The notes beneath the pieces were generated by a model. The model worked only from the letters and a program-made list of their open reading frames with translations, made no database searches and was not told the origin of the DNA. Below are positions 1 through 13,800 of a stretch of 64,000 nt of DNA, one piece after another. Source of the DNA: Macrostomum hystrix (Eukaryota; Animalia; Platyhelminthes); NCBI GenBank assembly GCA_950097015.1, contig CATNEN010000007.1, positions 12,462,001-12,526,000 of the forward strand, read 5' to 3'. The position numbers and the translations under genes were made by a program. Positions within the stretch are counted from its first letter, which is position 1; the number at the start of each line of letters is the position of its first letter.

Positions 1-850
1 TCATCCCCGCCGCCCGGCCATCCCAGCGCGTCCGCATCAACGAGCAGCGGCTGCGAGAGATGGATGCGAGCGCCAAGGCCGCGATGAAGCAGCGAGCGGA
101 CGCCAGGAGGCGGCCACGGCGGCACGAAATCCAGGTCGGCGATTCGGTGCTGCGACGGCGAGTCGGTGCCAGCAAGACGCAAACGCCATTCGAGAGCGGC
201 GCCTGGACAGTCCAGCGGGTGGCCGGCAACTCGCTGATGCTGCGTCGTGACGGCGCGGCCTGCTGGCGGCATTGCACGGCGGTCAAGGTCGTCACCCCAG
301 AATCAGACGACGCTGGTGCCAGGCCGCAGGCTGCCGCGCCAGAAACTCCAGGCGAGGCGGCGCGGAACCCGGCCGAATCCCCGGTGGCGCTGCGCCCGCA
401 CCCCCGCGCTGCACGGGGTGGCGTGAAGATCTACAAGGACTAAACCAAGGACTGAAAACGAACTGACTTTTCTACTGACATTAACAATCACAAGCACGCT
501 TTTCTTTGCAAGTCCGATGCGACAATCAATTCAAGTGTTTTATTTCCTCCAATAGCTGCATATTTTTTTCGGTCGAGTTCTTTTTCGTTCTTTTCGACAT
601 CTTGCTTCTCGAATTCGTTCTTTTTTGTCTCCCCACAGTTTCTGTTCGAAGGGGGAGAGATGTAGTGTGCGTACGCACGTGAGCCAGGCCCAGGTGTACA
701 CCTGGGTCGTTTGATTGGTTGCGGAGCGGGGTGGGTGTCGCCACCCCAGTTCTAGCAAATAATATATGGACGCGCGCTCAGCGTGGCAGTAAAGATTGAG
801 AGTTTTGTCTGCTCACTAAAAATAGCCTCGGCCTTAGTTATTACACTACT
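1..850 (+). mobile_element. 3' end of a Ty3/Gypsy (Mag-like) LTR retrotransposon: integrase C-terminus, polypurine tract and 3' LTR (661-850)
   Basis: Frame open from 3 to 443, ending PHPRAARGGVKIYKD (compare PHPRQAKRHICYKE in the element at 56.6-61.1 kb). The same PPT, GGGGGAGAGA (651-660), is followed by TGTAGTG. The LTR ends ACACTACT, an inverted terminus with the last base mismatched. Confidence 0.85.
3..443 (+). CDS. Gypsy pol C-terminal region, 5'-partial
   Basis: GDSVLRR...TPFESGAW.V..V.GNSL.L.R pattern, similar to the end of ORF 58137-60803. Confidence 0.8.
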   Translation: MPAARPSQRVRINEQRLREMDASAKAAMKQRADARRRPRRHEIQVGDSVLRRRVGASKTQTPFESGAWTVQRVAGNSLMLRRDGAACWRHCTAVKVVTPESDDAGARPQAAAPETPGEAARNPAESPVALRPHPRAARGGVKIYKD

Positions 851-2962
851 TAATTAGAAACAAGTAGTACTTCTGACTCAACTAGCTAAAACAGTTTCAA
901 TATACTCTGTTTACTAAATGCATGGAAAACTAAAAACACAAGGACTCAAGTTGAGAGGCCAGTTTGCTTGCTCACACTGATCAACTTGTATCCATTTGAT
1001 TCTCATACCTTAATATACTCAGAGTAGTGGGGCATAATCGGTTTCAGATTGGGGTTTAAAATTACTCTTTAGGGATGAAAACAAAAGTAGTATACCTCAG
1101 ATATTCCTATCTAAAATTGAGTGTTTTGTGAAAGTTAAAAGCAATTGTTGCATATGTGTCTGAATAGCTATAGGGAAATGAAACACATCTTAACTTTAAG
1201 CTGTCCATTTCATTTTATTTAGTGAATCTTACAAAATTTATTGCACAGAAGTATGAAAGTGTTTTACTATCCTCAGCAACTAATATCATTAAATGTATTT
1301 TCCACTTGTACATTTTTGCCCAGTTTTCCAATGCACCTAACAAAATGGATTAGCTAGTTTTACTTCATCAATAGTATTGTTGATGCCAAGTCATGTCTAG
1401 AAGCCCATTGTTAACAGAGGCAATCAGCTAAAAATTATATTTGACGACTAAATCTGACACTTAATAAGACTAAAGGTACTAAGACAATGAAAAAGTTGCT
1501 AAACTTTTTTTCCTAAAGCAATCAAAAAAAGAAAAACATTGCTAATAAAAGTGAAACATACATATAATAACTAGTTTTTGTGAAATATTTATCTGAAGAC
1601 TTCTAATCCTACCCGAATCCTTACTGTACATAATTAGCACAAGTCAATTTTTATATACCATGTCATAATAATAAAAAACTAAGTTTCTTTTAAAAGGGCC
1701 AAATGATTCTTCAATGACAGAATTTTTAGAATTAAAACATGTGATCCTCAAACAGGAGAGTTAACTGCTAGTATTGCAAAATGAAGATATCTACTTGTTT
1801 GCTTGTCAATATGATCACAAAACATAGAAAATACTTAGAACTTAAATAATCTAACCTACTTTTTTCCCTAATCACTTAATTTATATTTGAAATTTTAGAA
1901 CAGTTTCATGAATTATAGGAAAATATTTTATATTAATTTATTTAAATAAAAAGTAAATAGTTGTAAATAATTTTATGTAATGCTATTTTGAATTTGTGCA
2001 ATATTTGTTTTACTAATACCACACAAAAATAATTTGCTAATGTTTTGTTTTAAATGCTACCATATGTCAAAATACTCTGTAAACTCTTTAATTTGAAGGA
2101 TAGTTACCAAGTTTTAGCAGAATTAGTCAACTTTTGAGGGGTATTATTTGGTAGTTTGACAACAATCGGGCTTTTCTGATTGAAGAATTTTAGTTACTAC
2201 TAGGTTTTTGCTAAAGTAGTATGTAGTACTTTTGGCAATAATGAAGACTAAGACAAAAAGCCAATTGAAGTAGTAAAATATTATATTCAAAGCAGGACCT
2301 TTTTAGTTGCTTGCTAGGGTAATGTATCATCAACCGAACAGTGTATCTTCAAAACCGAACAAGAATTTTAACTCCTTCCTTGGTCTCATGTAAGACAGAA
2401 ACAAGCTATTGTGTTTCACAGAACAACTAATTTAAAAGTCTAAGAAATTATCTATAAGCTGAGGCATGACATGCAATGAAGCATTAAAAGGAAGGAAAGA
2501 TATGGACATTTCATTAGAAATTTTTATCCCAAAAGCATACTTTTTAACAACATTTTATCAGCATGTACTTTAGACTAAGATTGTATGCAGTTGCTTTCCA
2601 ATTAAATGACCATAAATGTAGTTATTTATAGAGCATGAAAAATGCTATCAAATGACATAATTCATGATAGTTCACTCCTTAAAATAAGATTAAACCACTC
2701 ACTCAAATTGTAAAACCGAACATCAAATTCTCCATTCAGTTTGAAGATATATGAAAATCATTGTTTGGTTTTAGATGAAAAACATGAAAAACTTTTTTTC
2801 TATTTGACAAAATAGCAAAAGCATATACTTTTTAGAAAGTTATGTTTTTTATAACTTGGCTTTTGATTTATAATCATATCTTAAATAGAAAATCTGTAGC
2901 TTATGTTCGAAGTTAAAAAAATCCATATTATTGTTTGGTTGATGATACATTACCCTATAAGT

Positions 2963-3242
2963 CATACATGCTCAACACCCGGCCGACCTGGCCAAACCGG
3001 CCGGGTGAAACGAGGGCCAAGCAAGGTAAGTCGCAAAAACCAATCAACCAAGTGCAAAAAATCAAAGGGGGGACCAAGGGACAAAAAAGGAAGGTGTGAA
3101 GAAAAGGAAAAAGGGGAGAGAAAAAGAGAGCAAATGAGAGCAATCTAAGTTGTAAATAGAGCAATGAAACGAACTAAGTTGCAAATGAGAGCAAAAACTA
3201 AGTCACACGGCCAGCTAAGATTTGGGAGGTTGCGCATGTATG
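2963..3242. mobile_element. 280-bp hAT-type MITE
   Basis: 14-bp TIRs CATACATGCTCAAC / GTTGCGCATGTATG with one mismatch. Perfect 8-bp TSD CTATAAGT at 2955-2962 and 3243-3250. Confidence 0.8.
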
Positions 3243-3419
3243 CTATAAGTGGGTACTTTTTGTTGACGAATGCAAGGAAGACTTTATGCCATAGATGCAT
3301 ATATAACAGCCCCATATTTTTAGTATTAGGCCTAGTTGGGAGAAATTAAATATATGATAAGTTTTTTATTAAACTAAACTTGTCTTAAGTAACTCAAATA
3401 TTCAATGATACCAATAAGG

Positions 3420-4090
3420 AGGACAGAAGGATCAAAAAGAACCATCAGGCTTTGTAGGACTATTCAGTCACTCTGAACTGACTGACCAAGATCAAAATCA
3501 ACTTCCAACCTTGAAAGAAATCCTTCAGAATATCCTGAATTTGAAGGTATATTCAGTAGTTGACCTCAAAGATGCTTACCTGCAGATCTCAATTATGCCA
3601 GAAAGATATTCTGCCTTTCAAAATCTACAATTTGGGATATCAGCCATGCCACTCATTTTCCAAGAAGTTATGGACACCTTGTTATAAGGCACAGCCTTTT
3701 ACCAGGAAAACATCATAATTGGCACCAAAATGGCAGAGCAACATTGGCAGATTCTAGTGTAAGTCAAAGAAAGACTCAAGAAGCACGGATTCAAGATCAA
3801 TGAGTGAAAGACACAGGAGTTTAAAAAAGAAGTCAAATTCCATGGGTTCATCTTTCAAGATGGGAAACTTCTACTAGACACAGCAAGAGTGGAATCCTTA
3901 GCCAATTTGTCTAAACCCAAAGATCAAAACCAATTAAGAAGTGTGATCTGCACCTTATGGCACTATGGGTATTACTATATTTGCCAGAATTTCTCAATGA
4001 TCACTAAGCCACTTTATCATCTACTAAAGAAAGGAGTCCAGTGGCATTGGTCTGCCATGCACTCAGAAGAATTTGCTAAACTGAAAGACG
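3420..4090 (+). pseudogene. Decayed Ty3/Gypsy reverse transcriptase fragment
   Basis: Motifs IRLC.DYSVTLN, YSVVDLKDAYLQI, LQFGISAMPLIFQEVMD, PKDQNQLRS and PLYHLLKKGVQWHW, interrupted by stops and frameshifts. Confidence 0.8.
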
Positions 4091-4200
4091 CAAGGGGGAC
4101 TTTAAGGCTGAAAAATACACAGCAAACAGATGAAATAAGGAGAACTAAAAACAAATTGTATGTGCTCCCAGAAGGGCTTAAAACTTGCCAGTATATAAAA

Positions 4201-4903
4201 GGCAGAGCTTATTCCCACAGTCCAGTGCCGATAATTTCAATTTTATCCACACGGATCTGTGCGGAAAATTTTCTGCTTATCCACACGGCAGCTTGTATGA
4301 ATAGGTCTAAAACTCTTTATATAAATATGCCATGTCGTTAATTTCCATTTTATTCACACGGTTCTGTTCTTTGAAACAAGGCCCTTTTGGCTTTGGGTTT
4401 GAATGTTTTGTTGAACCCTCGAGCCAATAGATTGACTAAGTTGAAAGTTGCCAGTGTGTTACGACAGTGTTCTACATTTCGACCTACACATTCATTAACC
4501 GACATTAATGTCATCCTTTTTAATTATTGCAATAACAACTTACTAAATATTTTGTCCATCATTTTAATACGTGTTTTCATTCAAATTGTATTGACTTAAA
4601 AAGTAAGAAGTCTATCAAAGAAAATCATACGAGTCAACCAGCAGAATTCTAGTCAGCACCAAACTTGTCACACATAATATACATCATTGTTATTATTTTA
4701 CACTATGCATTGATAGTGTACACTATACTATACCTACACTATACTCTGAAGCAAAAGCCTTATGCTCAGAGAATAATAGGTAGGGACTTGAAAGTAGACC
4801 TATTCATACAAGCTGCCGTGTGGATAAGCAGAAAATTTTCCGCACAGATCCGTGTGGATAAAATTGAAATTATCGGCACTGGACCATTGGAATAAGCACT
4901 TCC
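4201..4903. mobile_element. Non-autonomous DNA transposon with ~109-bp TIRs (Mutator/MULE-like)
   Basis: 4201-4309 is the near-perfect reverse complement of 4795-4903. Ends are GG...CC, and the AT-rich flanks TATATAAAA / ATATTAAAA resemble a degenerate 9-bp TSD. Confidence 0.75.
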
Positions 4904-5792
4904 ATATTAAAAAACGATCTTTCCTCTTCACTATACTCTAGTTCTAGCCTTAATTAAGGCTTATTTATCATTGCATGCTTAGACGTTGCTAATTTAATTT
5001 TTATAGACCTAGCAATGAAAATAGTATAATGATAAATTTTCAGAAATAAAGCTTTGGAAAATACAATGGGGTTGGAGCAACATGTTAGATAAAGTCATAT
5101 AAAAAGAATGGTTTTTGATCTGTTTCAAATAACTCTTTCTCGGCGAAAACCAGCCTCCTTAATAATATATAAGAAACGTAGTTAACCGTTTAAGTACTCG
5201 CAGTGGTCCTTAAGATACGCAAGCAAGCTTAATTACACAGCAACAATCGTATCACATTGAATATGCATTCTAAGAAACTATGAAATAGCTTCCAACACTT
5301 AAATCTTGATTAGTTGGTATAAACAAACTATTCACTTGTTTTTTGCATTCGCACAACCGTATATGAATCGGGTTCTAATAGTAATTATAATTTAGAACAT
5401 TTGCATTAAATAGTTGATACATTTTTGTGCAACAATAGAAGTTACTTATCTTTATTTGTAACAGAATAAAATAAACCACTTTCATTTTTATGTATTGCCT
5501 ACCTTTACATGTACATTCTAATGCTAATTATACAATACAGTAGCGCATGTTTACCCCATCCTAAGAGCCGATTGCAATTACTACTTAGATGTGCATGGGT
5601 ACAGTACAGAAAGAGCATAAATCCGCTTTGTATGCAGCGTGCTTCGCTCAAAAATTAGGTTTATATTTGTTCTGCTTATTGAATTCAGTCATTGAACGAA
5701 CGAGAGCCGTTTCGGGACACAATGGCATTATATGTTCAATTTATGAATAAATTATTATCCGGTTAAGTGAGGTGAAGCTTATCAACTTTGCG

Positions 5793-6381
5793 CTAACCAC
5801 GCCACGATCTGTAGTAGCAGTAGCAGGTGGGGCACTTGCCGCAGTGATACTTGGCCGGCTTAGTGAGGTCAACGATTCGCTTCCAGCGATTCACGGGATT
5901 CGGATCCGTGTCAACCAGATGGATCTCGAACTTGTTGCGCCCGTGCAGCGCTTCCTCTGGATCAAACGCGCTGTTCAGCCTCTTGCACAGAGGACAATCC
6001 TGACAGATATTGCACAAGTACTCAAGCTCTGAGGCAGTCAGGTTCACCAGAATGCCGTCCTCAGCTGTTGGAAAAAACACAGAAGACTTTTTACAGCTGC
6101 TGTATTTGGAGTGTGATTTATTAAATCGATTCGCCTCCCGATTTATCTCGACAAAAATGACGCCTTTTATTATAAAGTACACTAAAATTTATTATGCATT
6201 AGAGAAAACTTTACCCAGAGTGGCAATGGCAATAGTGTATACTAGGATCCCTATTTAAATTTGCGCACACAAAGAACTCCATGTCAGACCTACCAAAGTC
6301 GTTCGAGATGGCTGTCACAACAATGGGCATAAACAGAAGCATTGCTATAAGTAGCACGACAGCTTGACGCCTGACAGACAT
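5793..6381 (-). CDS. Putative small membrane protein with two hydrophobic N-terminal segments and a Cys-rich tail; exons 6381-6294, 6250-6215, 6163-5793
   Basis: Two short GT-AG introns (43 and 51 bp) join the ORF pieces in frame: MSVRRQAVVLLIAMLLFMPIVVTAISNDF-GILVYTIAIATL-GVIFVEINRE...CNICQDCPLC...HCGKCPTCYC. No family recognised. Confidence 0.45.
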
Positions 6382-7603
6382 TGCTCCGTTAAAATTTTCG
6401 ATTGTCACTGGGGTAGCTGGGGAGTGTGAATTACGCAGCCTGACAAATCACTCAGCGGAAATCTTGCCAACCGAAAAAGCGAAGTCCAGGTGGAATCCTG
6501 CGGGGCCGCGCTTTTATCCGAGCAATTTCGGTTGAAACCAAAGACAACAGCTGATAATTAGAGCGAGCTGCATGCAGATTAAGCCTCATCATGTGACAAG
6601 CTTTCACAGCTGACGTAGAATACCTCCGCTTCCAGTTACAATAGATGAAGCAGATTCATCTGCCAAGATAATTTGCTTCTCTATAATGAAATGGCAGCAG
6701 TGAGGCAGGTGATCTGGCAGCGGCTTCATCAGAAATGCTTATTTGCGCGGACATTGGACACTCGAGAATACACCGCTAATGAATCTGGCAAAGCATGCCT
6801 TATCATGGCGTCAGCGGACCCCGCGTGTCGCAGAGCAATTCCCATAGATGGAGAAACGCATTGCACGCGAAAATTCTACATTTATTTTCACAGGCTCAGT
6901 CGCTAAAAAACTCGTTTTAAAAGATTCGCCACCTGTGTGAATGGGCGCTAAAAAGAATTGCGTCTAAAAATAGCGCTGACAAAACTGCTTGGATTTATTG
7001 AAAGTGTGCAAAGCAGCACAGCTATTTCACGGCTAAGCCCAGAAACTCACAGCAATGTTTTAACAGAAGCACAGAATACTATTAGAATTAGACACTTGAG
7101 TAGAATAAGCGGCTTGAAGGCTTGCAGGCTGACCTACTGATTGATTGAGCAGCTACGGTAAAATCCTTCAACTGATCAGATTGGAATATTTACACTTGGA
7201 AATCGCTTTAATCGGGTTATACTCGCAGATTAGTGCTAACAGTCATAGAGCAATCAATAACAATTTCTTGGCACTGAAAACTAGACGTGGCAATGGACGC
7301 AGGTTACTGGGTGGAAGAACTGGGCAAAAACAAACTCATAGCATTAGTCGATTGAGTTTGTAAGGAGAATTTGACTGATCCGGATGACGGACAGGGTCAT
7401 AACTTTTTGAAGGAATACAATGAGTGCGATTGTGTATAAGACTAGCAATAGCAAAATTACTAGCAATACCAGATTCGCTGTTGCTGAATTATCTCAGCGA
7501 TGCCGTTGACAAGTCCCTGCGTAGTAAAAATCAAGAAAAAGATGATCACCGAAGACAAAGCAGCCAGTAGCTGGTGTACAGCTAGGTGAGCAGTCTCAGC
7601 CAA

Positions 7604-10600
7604 TCAGGATGTCTCCTTCCTGACAGCGCGCTTCCGCACCTGCTGAGCGGAGGTGCCCGAGCTGGCGCCTTCCGACATTGCGGCGGGGCTCTCGGCCAGC
7701 TCGTCAGAGTCTTCGCCGCTATCCTCCTCCGCCATCTCCTCCGGCGGAGTATCTCCGTCAGCTTTCTTATCCTTGCCGCTGACGACTTCAGCAGCTCCGG
7801 CTGAAGGCTGTCGCCGCTGCCGCCGCCTGGCGGTGAGCAGGTCGCACAGGCAGACTAGGAGCAGGCCGGCCAGCAGGCCGCTAACCAGGGTGCCCACCGC
7901 CAGAATCACATAGGCCAGCGGTGACGGCACGCCCCGCTCCTCCACCAGGTGGGTGTGCAGCTTCTTCAGCCGGACTGCGGCCTGGATGAGGCGGCCGAGG
8001 CCGCGCATGTGCAGAGCATCGGGCGCCCGGTACCAAGGGAGCGGCGGCCCCCTGGCGTATTCAGCCTGCACGGCGGAGGGGTTAGGCAATCCAGAGGCTC
8101 TGATGCTCGCTGCACTACTGGTAAGTAATGATAAACGAGTTTCTGTCACACGACATGACTTGTGACTCGTGAGCCTTTCCAAAATTCCAGACGATAATTT
8201 TGAGGAAGATGTGGATATTCGACATCAGGATACCCACTTCTGTATTCTTATTTATTTTTATAACCCACTTCTAAGTCTGTAGAAGGCTCTACAAAAAATA
8301 ATTTTAGAAATCTCTGTCGAAAAAACAACCAACTGCCACAGCATGCAAGATACACAGCACCCATAGTACACAGCATTCACTGCGCTCAGAAGCCACAGAA
8401 CACAGCATTCACACACCCAGAAGCCACAGAACACAGCATTCACACACCCAGAAGCCACAGAACACAGCATTCACACACCCAGAAGCCACAGAATACAGCA
8501 TTAACAGCATCCAGAAGCCATAGTACACAGCAGCCATAGTACACAGCAGCCATAGTACACAGCATCCACAGCACACAGCAGCCATAGTACACAGCATCCA
8601 CAGCACACAGCAGCCATAGTACACAGCAGCCATAGTACACAGCAGCCATAGTACACAGCATCCACAGCACCCAGCAGCCATAGTACACAGCAGCCATAGT
8701 ACACAGCATCCACAGCACCCAGCAGCCATAGTACACAGCATCCACAGCACCCAGCAGCCATAGTACACAGCAGCCATAGTACACAGCATCCACAGCACCC
8801 AGCAGCCATAGCACACAGCAGCCATAGTACACAGCATCCACAGCACCCAGCAGCCATAGTACACAGCAGCCATAGTACACAGCATCCACAGCACCCAGCA
8901 GCCATAGTACACAGCATCCACAGCACCCAGCAGCCATAGTACACAGCAGCCATAGTACACAGCATCCACAGCACCCAGCAGCCATAGTACACAGCAGCCA
9001 TAGTAAACAGCATCCACAGCACCCAGCAGCCATAGTACACAGCATCCACAGCACCCAGCAGCCATAGTACACAGCAGCCATAGTACACAGCATCCACAGC
9101 ACCCAGCAGCCATAGTACACAGCATCCACAGCACCCAGCAGCCATAGTACACAGCAGCCATAGTACACAGCATCCACAGCACCCAGCAGCCATAGTACAC
9201 AGCAGCCATAGTACACAGCATCCACAGCACCCAGCAGCCATAGTACACAGCATCCACAGCACCCAGCAGCCATAGCACACAGCAGCCATAGTACACAGCA
9301 TCCACAGCACCCAGCAGCCATAGTACACAGCATCCACAGCACCCAGCAGGCCATAGTACACAGCAGCCATAGTACACAGCATCCACAGCACCCAGCAGCC
9401 ATAGCACACAGCAGCCATAGTACACAGCATCCACAGCACCCAGCAGCCATAGTACACAGCATCCACAGCACCCAGCAGCCATAGTACACAGCAGCCATAG
9501 TACACAGCATCCACAGCACCCAGCAGCCATAGTACACAGCATCCACAGCACCCAGCAGCCATAGTACACAGCATCCACAGCACCCAGCAGCCACAGCACC
9601 CAGCAGCCATAGTACACAGCATCCACAGCACCCAGCAGCCATAGCACACAGCATCCACAGCACCCAGCAGCCATAGTACACAGCATCCACAGCACCCAGC
9701 AGCCATAGTACACAGCAGCCATAGTACACAGCATCCACAGCACCCAGCAGCCACAGCACCCAGCAGCCATAGTAAACAGCATCCACAGCACCCAGCAGCC
9801 ACAGCTCCCAGCAGCCATAGCACACAGCATCCACAGCACCCAGCAGCCATAGTACACAGCATCCACAGCACCCAGCAGCCATAGTACACAGCATCCACAG
9901 CACCCAGCAGCCATAGTACACAGCAGCCATAGTACACAGCATCCACAGCACCCAGCAGCCATAGCACACAGCATCCACAGCACCCAGCAGCCATAGTACA
10001 CAGCAGCCATAGTACACAGCATCCACAGCACCCAGCAGCCATAGCACACAGCAGCCATAGTACACAGCATCCACAGCACCCAGCAGCCATAGTACACAGC
10101 ATCCACAGCACCCAGCAGCCATAGTACACAGCATCCACAGCACCCAGCAGCCATAGTACACAGCAGCCATAGTACACAGCATCCACAGCACCCAGCAGCC
10201 ATAGTACACAGCATCCACAGCACCCAGCAGCCATAGCACACAGCATCCACAGCACCCAGCAGCCACAGCACCCAGCAGCCATAGTACACAGCAGCCATAG
10301 TACACAGCATCCACAGCACCCAGCAGCCATAGCACACAGCATCCACAGCACCCAGCAGCCATAGTACACAGCATCCACAGCACCCAGCAGCCATAGTACA
10401 CAGCAGCCATAGTACACAGCATCCACAGCACCCAGCAGCCATAGCACACAGCATCCACAGCACCCAGCAGCCATAGTACACAGCAGCCATAGTACACAGC
10501 ATCCACAGCACCCAGCAGCCATAGCACACAGCAGCCATAGTACACAGCATCCACAGCACCCAGCAGCCATAGTACACAGCATCCACAGCACCCAGCAGCC

Positions 10601-11470
10601 ATAGTACACAGCATCCACAGCACCCAGCAGCCATAGTACACAGCAGCCATAGTACACAGCATCCACAGCACCCAGCAGCCATAGTACACAGCATCCACAG
10701 CACCCAGCAGCCATAGTACACAGCAGCCATAGTACACAGGATCCACAGCACCCAGCAGCCATAGTACACAGCATCCACAGCACCCAGCAGCCATAGCACA
10801 CAGCATCCACAGCACCCAGCAGCCATAGTACACAGCAGCCATAGTACACAGCATCCACAGCACCCAGCAGCCATAGTACACAGCATCCACAGCACCCAGC
10901 AGCCATAGTACACAGCATCCACAGCACCCAGCAGCCATAGTACACAGCATCCACAGCACCCAGCAGCCATAGTACACAGCAGCCATAGTACACAGCATCC
11001 ACAGCACCCAGCAGCCATAGTACACAGCATCCACAGCACCCAGCAGCCATAGTACACAGCAGCATTAGTACCCAGCGTACCTGTTGGATGTAGCGCAGCA
11101 GGGAGGGCAGGGAGCGGTCGCCTCGGTACTGCCAGAACTGACCGTCGTGCAGCACGTAGAGTGATGGCAGGCCGGTGACAAGGAACATGCCGGCCAGGGC
11201 CTCATTGCGAGTGACGTCCACCTGGGCGATGCTCACATCACGGGGCAGGTCCTGGCTGGCAGCTAGACTCTGCCAGGTGGGCGCCAGATTGCGACAGGCC
11301 TCGCACCAGGGCGCGTAAAACTTGATGAACCAGCGGCCGCCAGTCAGCACCTGCGGCCACGTCTCCTCGTCGATGTCGACTCGCATTCCCCCATGGGCAA
11401 TGGCCAGCTCAGCACCGCTGAACAGCAGCAGCAGCAGCAGCGATGGTGACAGCAGGTTTTTGAGTAGCAT
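7604..11470 (-). CDS. TMX1: Thioredoxin-related transmembrane protein (TMX1-like), 283 aa; exons 11470-11081 and 8065-7604
   Basis: Signal peptide, then WFIKFYAPWCEAC thioredoxin motif. Phase-0 intron CAG|GTACGC...TGCAG|GCT. Exon 2 has a TM helix (LAYVILAVGTLVSGLLAGLLLVCL), an acidic tail and C-terminal VRKR. Confidence 0.88.
8335..11063. repeat. Intronic minisatellite of 16-bp variants, with a degenerate 31-bp edge
   Basis: Units CATAGTACACAGCAGC, CATAGTACACAGCATC and CACAGCACCCAGCAGC over ~8519-11060; 31-bp units at ~8370-8520. Confidence 0.95.
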
Positions 11471-12444
11471 GCTGAAATCTGAGTGGCATATGAGAAAATG
11501 AGTTATGCTCACATCAGCAATAGAGCTAGCTTGAAAACAAGCAATTCTTAAAAAGTTCAACTTTAAAACTTCTCCTGGCTGAGATATACACTTATACTCA
11601 GCCACGGTCAAAAGTTCCACCCTCCAAGCGAGATGGTGGCTTGGGTCTGCTTGGTGGTATAAAACTGTGCAACTTCAGGGGACTAATGCTTGAGGCAGTA
11701 TTTTTCTACATTCAAAGACAGGTATCAAGGACAGGTATCAACATCAACGCAAATAGTTACGCAGATCTTCTGCAGACTCATTTCCACCTTTGCGAATGTT
11801 TGCAGATGCTGCTTTTGGTGGAGTTGGCAACTGCATTCTCAAGGATGACAATGCACCATCACACTGAGCTGATGCTGGTAATTAACTGAAAGAACAGCCA
11901 TACACTCAGCAGTGTGTTCCTTGTCCCCAAATGTGAATCCAATCAGCATGCCTAGAACTTCCTAAAATGCAGCATTCAAAAAGAAAATCTACCACAAAAT
12001 GTTGCAGAGCTGCATCATGCCATTGAAAATGCTTGGCAGCAACTTTCAGGCTTTCTGTGCTGCCTCATCTTGGGGATGCCTCACAGAGTTGCTGTACTTC
12101 AGCATGCAAAGTGATCCAACATGCATTATTAAGCCTCATAATTCTAACTGCCAAATGCATAGAAAACTAACTATTATGATTTTGATGCAACTGAAATTCA
12201 TTTTTTATTCAATCAACTTTCTTTTCCTTGTGGTGTAACTTAAGGGTTGAATTGTGAGTGAGAAGTTGTCTCTAACTAGGCACATGATAAATGTATTTGT
12301 GCCATAAGTAGTGTCACTTGCAATAAGTGAGAAAGCTTTCATCTTTCTTAGTGAGAAAGCTATAACCTATGTAGAATAAATTAAAAAACAAAATGTCAGC
12401 TAAACAACTTAGGCTCTAAATCTAAAATGATAATAAAAGTAAAT

Positions 12445-12605
12445 CATTGGCACAACCAGGATTTTCTGAGGCTGAAGGGATGGCAGACCAAAGGTGAATC
12501 ATCCTGGACAAGTGTGGGTGGGGTTCAAAGGCAGTTTTGTGAAAAATTCACTTTGTCACTTAACGATCTTTTGGGTCCTCCCGCGCAAGCCTGGTTGCAC
12601 AAGTC
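12445..12605. mobile_element. Possible degenerate short MITE
   Basis: Imperfect inverted ends CATTGGCACAACCAGG / CCTGGTTGCACAAGTC. No TSD found. Confidence 0.3.
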
Positions 12606-13800
12606 AAAGAAATATTAATGGGGCCCACAGCCTAGTAAAAAAGTGAGCAAAAGTGTCTTCTTGAGCAATAGTTTTGCTATAATAAAATGGTAAATATAGT
12701 CATAGCCATAGTCTCATGGTGGGCCTTGATTCTGCAGCTCCAAATAAGAATGGCGACCACGCAGTCCACGCTTAAGTAATTTTATTAAAATTTTTACAAG
12801 TTCCTCTGCATAGCTTTTCTGCACGGGTGCACTTCTGAGAAATAGCGAAAACACTATAACAAAGGCTCCTTTTTTCGTGCTTTAAAATACTTTATTTGTA
12901 TTTATTATGTAGTTGGATAATATACTATTTGTGATCTGTCCTATGGAAGGGGCTTTTTATTTCATTCTCGTATTTAAAAATGTGCGATATAAAAATTGGC
13001 CAGTTTTGTAAATTTTGTGAATCTTTTTCGGTGTGAGTAACCGTCGAATACTTAATGCCAATACATTTTTCGAACCAAAAAGACACTGTTCTAAGTGGTG
13101 AAGCCAGGGAAGCCGCAATCCACATCCTATAATCTACTCACTCGAAATCCTCGATAGCAAACTGTGGCATCCCCAATCATGGCGCCCATTTTTACGCGTC
13201 CCCTCAAAAAATCCTGAAAACAAGTCGACTTAAGTTTAACTTCGTACCACACGAAGATGGATGCATGTAAATGTATATACAAGTACAATGAACACATGTA
13301 CACAAACCACATGCACAAATTTCACATTGAGCATCGCTGTGTGGCTAATAATTATGACAGTTGGAGCGAAGCTGCATGACCAGATCCATTGTTTTACCGA
13401 CGATTACATGATGAACATTTCTCTATTACATGAACTAGAGCCTCTCTATACTGGAGGCGATGTGTTCTCGACTCAATGCCAGGCTCTGAACTGGCCTGTT
13501 TTTGCGACTGTTTTCTTCAAATTGCACTATATATAAATGTTTCTATTTATGTAATTTACTATTATATATTGACGGACCACTATAGTCGCAACTTCGTAAG
13601 CACTTCGCGGAGACTAAAAAGTACTCCTTCTCAGGAGCATACACTTTTCAGCGAGTATTTAGTAGTCCCTGGCCCTTCTATAGTCGAGAGTCCTATGCTG
13701 CATGTACCGATAAATGGTTGTTTTGAGTAAGACGATAGAACAGTTAGATCTAGTTCAGTTTGCCATTTGAGTAAGGACCGATAATAGACGTTCTCAAACT

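Noticed and set aside
851-2950. AT-rich 2-kb stretch, possibly a transposon remnant
   Set aside because: No TIR, TSD or coding motif could be supported.
4234-4865. TTATCCACA (DnaA-box-like) motifs
   Set aside because: They are sub-repeats within transposon TIRs, with no bacterial context.
8409-11620. Three long Cys/Trp-rich ORFs, one fused to the thioredoxin domain
   Set aside because: These are translations of a stop-free intronic minisatellite. Splicing gives a normal-sized TMX protein.
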